The translations under genes and the position numbers were made by a program. Below, piece after piece: positions 43,700 through 46,660 of a DNA stretch of 46,660 nucleotides; position 1 is the first letter of the stretch, and the number at the start of each line of letters is the position of its first letter. The stretch covers positions 1 through 46,660 of the IMG/VR virus record IMGVR_UViG_3300005713_000001. One strand, written 5' to 3'. The DNA is from a virus (lineage: Duplodnaviria > Caudoviricetes). The notes below the pieces were generated by a model that ran no database searches, was not told the DNA's origin, and saw only the letters and a program-made list of their open reading frames with translations.

Positions 43700-45571
43700 G
43701 TGGCCGACAACGCGAAACAGAAAGCCGAGTTTGCCCTTGACCTCGATTCCGAGGGCCTCGAGCAAGCCGCCAAGTCGTCGGCGGGTGCCCTCGAGCGATT
43801 GCGTGAACAGATCGACGACGACACGCGGGCGCTTGCAGCGATGCAACGCGCCATGCGCAATTTGCAAGGCGGCTCGGTCGTCAACGTCGCACAGTTTCGC
43901 AAGCTCAAAGAACAGATCGATCTCAAGCGCGACTCGATCGCTAAGGCGCAATCGAGCTATCTGTCGCTCGGCGGCAATCTCAATCGGATCAGCTCGGGCT
44001 CGGGCCGAGCGCTCGAGTCGCGCCTCGCCGCGATCACCAAGAACATGCAAGGCATGCCCGGGCCGATCGGCGGCGTCGTGTCGCGCCTCGGCAATCTGCG
44101 CGCGCTCGTCGCCGGCGGCGGTGCCATCGCGCTCGGGATAGCTGCGATCGCGGCCGCGCTCGTCGCGCTCGTTGCGGCGACCGCGCTCGCGACGCGCAAG
44201 CTGTACGACTACGGCAAGGCGCAAGCCGAGGCGCGTCGCTCGGAGTTGCTCCGACTCGAGGGGCTCACGAAGCTACGGTTTTGGTTTCAACGCATCCCTG
44301 GCAATGCCAAGGAAATGCAAACGGGTATCGATCAGGTTGCCGCCTCGAGCGCGCTCGGGCGCGACGAGATCGCCAAGTACAACGATCAACTGTATCGGCT
44401 TGGCTTGCGCGGCGACAACCTACGCGCCGCGCTCGAGGGTGTCGCGATCAAAGCCTCGGCGCAAGGTGACGCCGCGGCGCAACACTTCGCGGGTTGGGCG
44501 GCGACGATCGGCCTCGCCGGCGGCAACGTGCGCAAGCTTTCCGACGACGTCAAAGCGCGGCTCGGTGGCATCGCCGATCGACAACTCATGTCGTCGGAGG
44601 TGCAAGCCAAGAAACTGCAAGAGGCGTACGCCGCGCTGTTTTCCGGGCTCGAGCTCGAGGAACACTTGCGCGCGTGGCAAAAGGTCAACGCGCTTTTGTC
44701 GCAGAACACGGCGAGCGGCCGCGCGCTTAAGCAGATCCTGGAACACGTGTTGCAACCGCTGATCGACGCGTCGACCGAGGCCGCACCGATCGTCAAACGC
44801 TTTTTCCAAGGCATGATCCTCGGCGCACTCCGAATGGAGATCGCGATCCTCGATCTCCGACTGTGGTTCAAACGCGTGTTCGGCGACGTCGAGCTTTTCA
44901 AGGGCCTCGACAAAGCCAACGCCGCGCTACTGATCGGCAAGGTCGCGGTGTACGGGCTCGCGGCGGCTTTCGGGTTGCTCGGCCTCGCGATCGCGGGCGC
45001 GTTCACAGTCGCGTTTGGCCCGCTGCTATTGCTCGGCTACGGGCTTTTCAAGCTCGGGTGGTACCTCGGCGAATTCGTCACGTGGTTCGAAGCGTTCGAT
45101 TGGGGCCAGCTCGGGAGCGCGATCCTCGACGGGATCACCAAGCCGCTCAAAGCGGGCTACACGGTGATCGGCGACACGTTGACCGAGCTCGCCGACGGCG
45201 CGATCGCCGGTTGGAAAACCGCGCTCGGGATCGCTTCGCCGAGCAAGGTGTTTGCCGAACTCGGCCTCGAGATCCCGCGCGGCGTCGCCGTCGGCGTGCG
45301 GCAAGGCTCGCCCGAGGCGCGCGAATCGGTCGACGCTATGGTCGCTACCCCGCAGCTCGCGTCGGCCGCGCCGGCGTCGACCATGCCTGCACCGCGCGTA
45401 CCCGCCGCCGCCGGCCGAGCGCCCGTGACCGTGAACGTCGGCGACGTGCACATTCACACGACGGGCGAAACGGCGTCCGAGCTCGAGGGCGATATCCGAC
45501 GCCAGCTCGAGGCGATCTTGCAATCGGTCGCGCTGCAACTCGGCGCACCGCCCGAGGGTGAGCCCGCGTGA
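43700..45571 (+). CDS. Tape measure protein
   Basis: Ala/Gly-rich helical sequence, TM-like segments, LGIASPSKVF motif. Confidence 0.88.
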   Translation: MADNAKQKAEFALDLDSEGLEQAAKSSAGALERLREQIDDDTRALAAMQRAMRNLQGGSVVNVAQFRKLKEQIDLKRDSIAKAQSSYLSLGGNLNRISSGSGRALESRLAAITKNMQGMPGPIGGVVSRLGNLRALVAGGGAIALGIAAIAAALVALVAATALATRKLYDYGKAQAEARRSELLRLEGLTKLRFWFQRIPGNAKEMQTGIDQVAASSALGRDEIAKYNDQLYRLGLRGDNLRAALEGVAIKASAQGDAAAQHFAGWAATIGLAGGNVRKLSDDVKARLGGIADRQLMSSEVQAKKLQEAYAALFSGLELEEHLRAWQKVNALLSQNTASGRALKQILEHVLQPLIDASTEAAPIVKRFFQGMILGALRMEIAILDLRLWFKRVFGDVELFKGLDKANAALLIGKVAVYGLAAAFGLLGLAIAGAFTVAFGPLLLLGYGLFKLGWYLGEFVTWFEAFDWGQLGSAILDGITKPLKAGYTVIGDTLTELADGAIAGWKTALGIASPSKVFAELGLEIPRGVAVGVRQGSPEARESVDAMVATPQLASAAPASTMPAPRVPAAAGRAPVTVNVGDVHIHTTGETASELEGDIRRQLEAILQSVALQLGAPPEGEPA

Positions 45572-46095
45572 CCGAGTGGAATCCATACGCCGAGCCCGTC
45601 GATCGCTTTTTCATTGGCGGGCACATGACGCCCGGGATCGCCGAGCTCGTCGCGCCCGACTCGCCGCGTAAGTGGGAGGAACGGGAGGGCCCGGGCTGGT
45701 CGGGCGCGGTGCTCGTGTTTCGCGGGATCCGCCCGTCGCATTTTGCGATCAAGTTTCGGTTGTACGGCGAGATCGACTACGCCGATTGGACGGCGTTTCA
45801 CACCACAGTAGCGCGGCCGCCATACGGGAAACGGCCGCGCGCGCTCGACATTCGGCACCCGCTACTCGAGCCGCTCGGCATCACGGCGATCGTCGTTGAA
45901 AACGTCGTCGCACCGCAGCAAGTCGAAGACGGCGTGTGGGAGGCCGAGCTGAAAGTGATCGAGTACCGCCGACTCAAGTACAGCTACGCGCGGCCCGAGG
46001 GAAGCCAAGCCGAACCGCTCGATCCCGTCGAGCTCGAGATCGAGGCGGCGCGTCAAGAGGCACACGACAAAGCGGAGTTGCTAGCCGAGCCATGA
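45568..46095 (+). CDS. Tail tube initiator / distal tail protein
   Basis: Between tape measure and hub; RKWEEREGPGWSGA, LDIRHPLL. Confidence 0.6.
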   Translation: MTEWNPYAEPVDRFFIGGHMTPGIAELVAPDSPRKWEEREGPGWSGAVLVFRGIRPSHFAIKFRLYGEIDYADWTAFHTTVARPPYGKRPRALDIRHPLLEPLGITAIVVENVVAPQQVEDGVWEAELKVIEYRRLKYSYARPEGSQAEPLDPVELEIEAARQEAHDKAELLAEP

Positions 46096-46660
46096 CCGAG
46101 GGCTTTATCACATGCAACGGGCAACGCCTCACCGCGCTTCGGTTGGAAGTCGCCAACGTCGGGCCGTGGATCGCTGATCTCGACTTCGAAACCGCACCCG
46201 ACGTCGCCGGCGCGGTCGAGATCCACGCCGCGGGGCTCGTGCTGCGCGGCACGGTGATCGCCGATCAGTCGGGCGTGCATCTCGAGCAACGCAAGGTGCG
46301 TGTCGTCGCCGGCGGCGGCGGTTGGTATCGGCACGTGTCGCGCAAGTCGTATCACAACGACGCCCGGATCAAGGCGCGGCTCGTCGCCGAGGATGTAGCG
46401 CGCGAGATCGGCGAGACGATCGGGGATTTCACGCCCGCGGTCGAGCGCATTGGCGTCGACTACGTGCGCGCCGCCGGGCCCGCCTCGCGCGTGCTCGAAC
46501 ACGTCGCCGGCGACGGCGTGCCGTGGTGGGTCGATTACGAGGGCCGCACGTGCGTTGGCCCGCGTGCCGCGACGCCGCTCACGAGCGAAAGCCTCGACGT
46601 GCTCAAGTACGATCCACGTAACCGGACGCTCGAGTTCGCAATCGAGGATCCCGGCCTCGT
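46092..46660 (+). CDS. N-terminal (hub) part of the hub/spike fusion; continues across the join to 701 (about 409 aa in total)
   Basis: Manual translation MTEGFITCNGQRL...WWVDYEGRTCVG is open to the contig end; missed by the ORF track. Confidence 0.8.
   Translation, partial: MTEGFITCNGQRLTALRLEVANVGPWIADLDFETAPDVAGAVEIHAAGLVLRGTVIADQSGVHLEQRKVRVVAGGGGWYRHVSRKSYHNDARIKARLVAEDVAREIGETIGDFTPAVERIGVDYVRAAGPASRVLEHVAGDGVPWWVDYEGRTCVGPRAATPLTSESLDVLKYDPRNRTLEFAIEDPGL
46621..46660. repeat. Terminal overlap, copy 2
   Basis: Identical to 1-40. Confidence 0.97.

Larger units (their letters stand above)
1..46660. mobile_element. Complete temperate myovirus-like phage genome (circular form, intact attP)
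   Basis: Full head, contractile tail, lysis, integration, immunity and replication modules; terminal overlap; no host genes. Confidence 0.95.

Overview
The window is a complete, circularly assembled temperate tailed-phage genome of about 46,620 bp; bases 1-40 are repeated exactly at 46621-46660. It is GC-rich, and the host is tentatively inferred to be a myxobacterium. The virion module is Mu-like with a contractile tail: TerL, portal, S49 protease/scaffold, major capsid, sheath, tube, chaperone with a -1 frameshift site, tape measure, a VgrG-like hub-spike fusion spanning the contig ends, and baseplate/fibre genes. There is no transposase; the phage instead carries a tyrosine integrase and Xis, with an attP whose core is the 3' half of tRNA-Arg(UCG). 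Also present are a holin/amidase lysis cassette, a cI/cro switch, a leftward recombination operon, a TOPRIM-DUF927 primase-helicase followed by an iteron-rich putative origin, a DNA methyltransferase, a RuvC-like nuclease and many small Cys-rich ORFs. Most notable observations: (1) a RecD2 helicase split into two genes, with a frameshift-masked, possibly Acb2/Tad1-like sponge gene between them; (2) a dispersed 18-bp operator family; (3) two perfect inverted DnaA boxes inside the cI-cro switch; (4) a tandem TTGATT-N13-AATCAA element in an accessory island; (5) a structured intergenic RNA candidate; (6) unannotated small membrane peptides; (7) a lipoprotein moron; (8) a deviant terminase Walker A with a Zn-finger-like insert. 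All family calls come from motif recognition and synteny by eye; no database searches were run.
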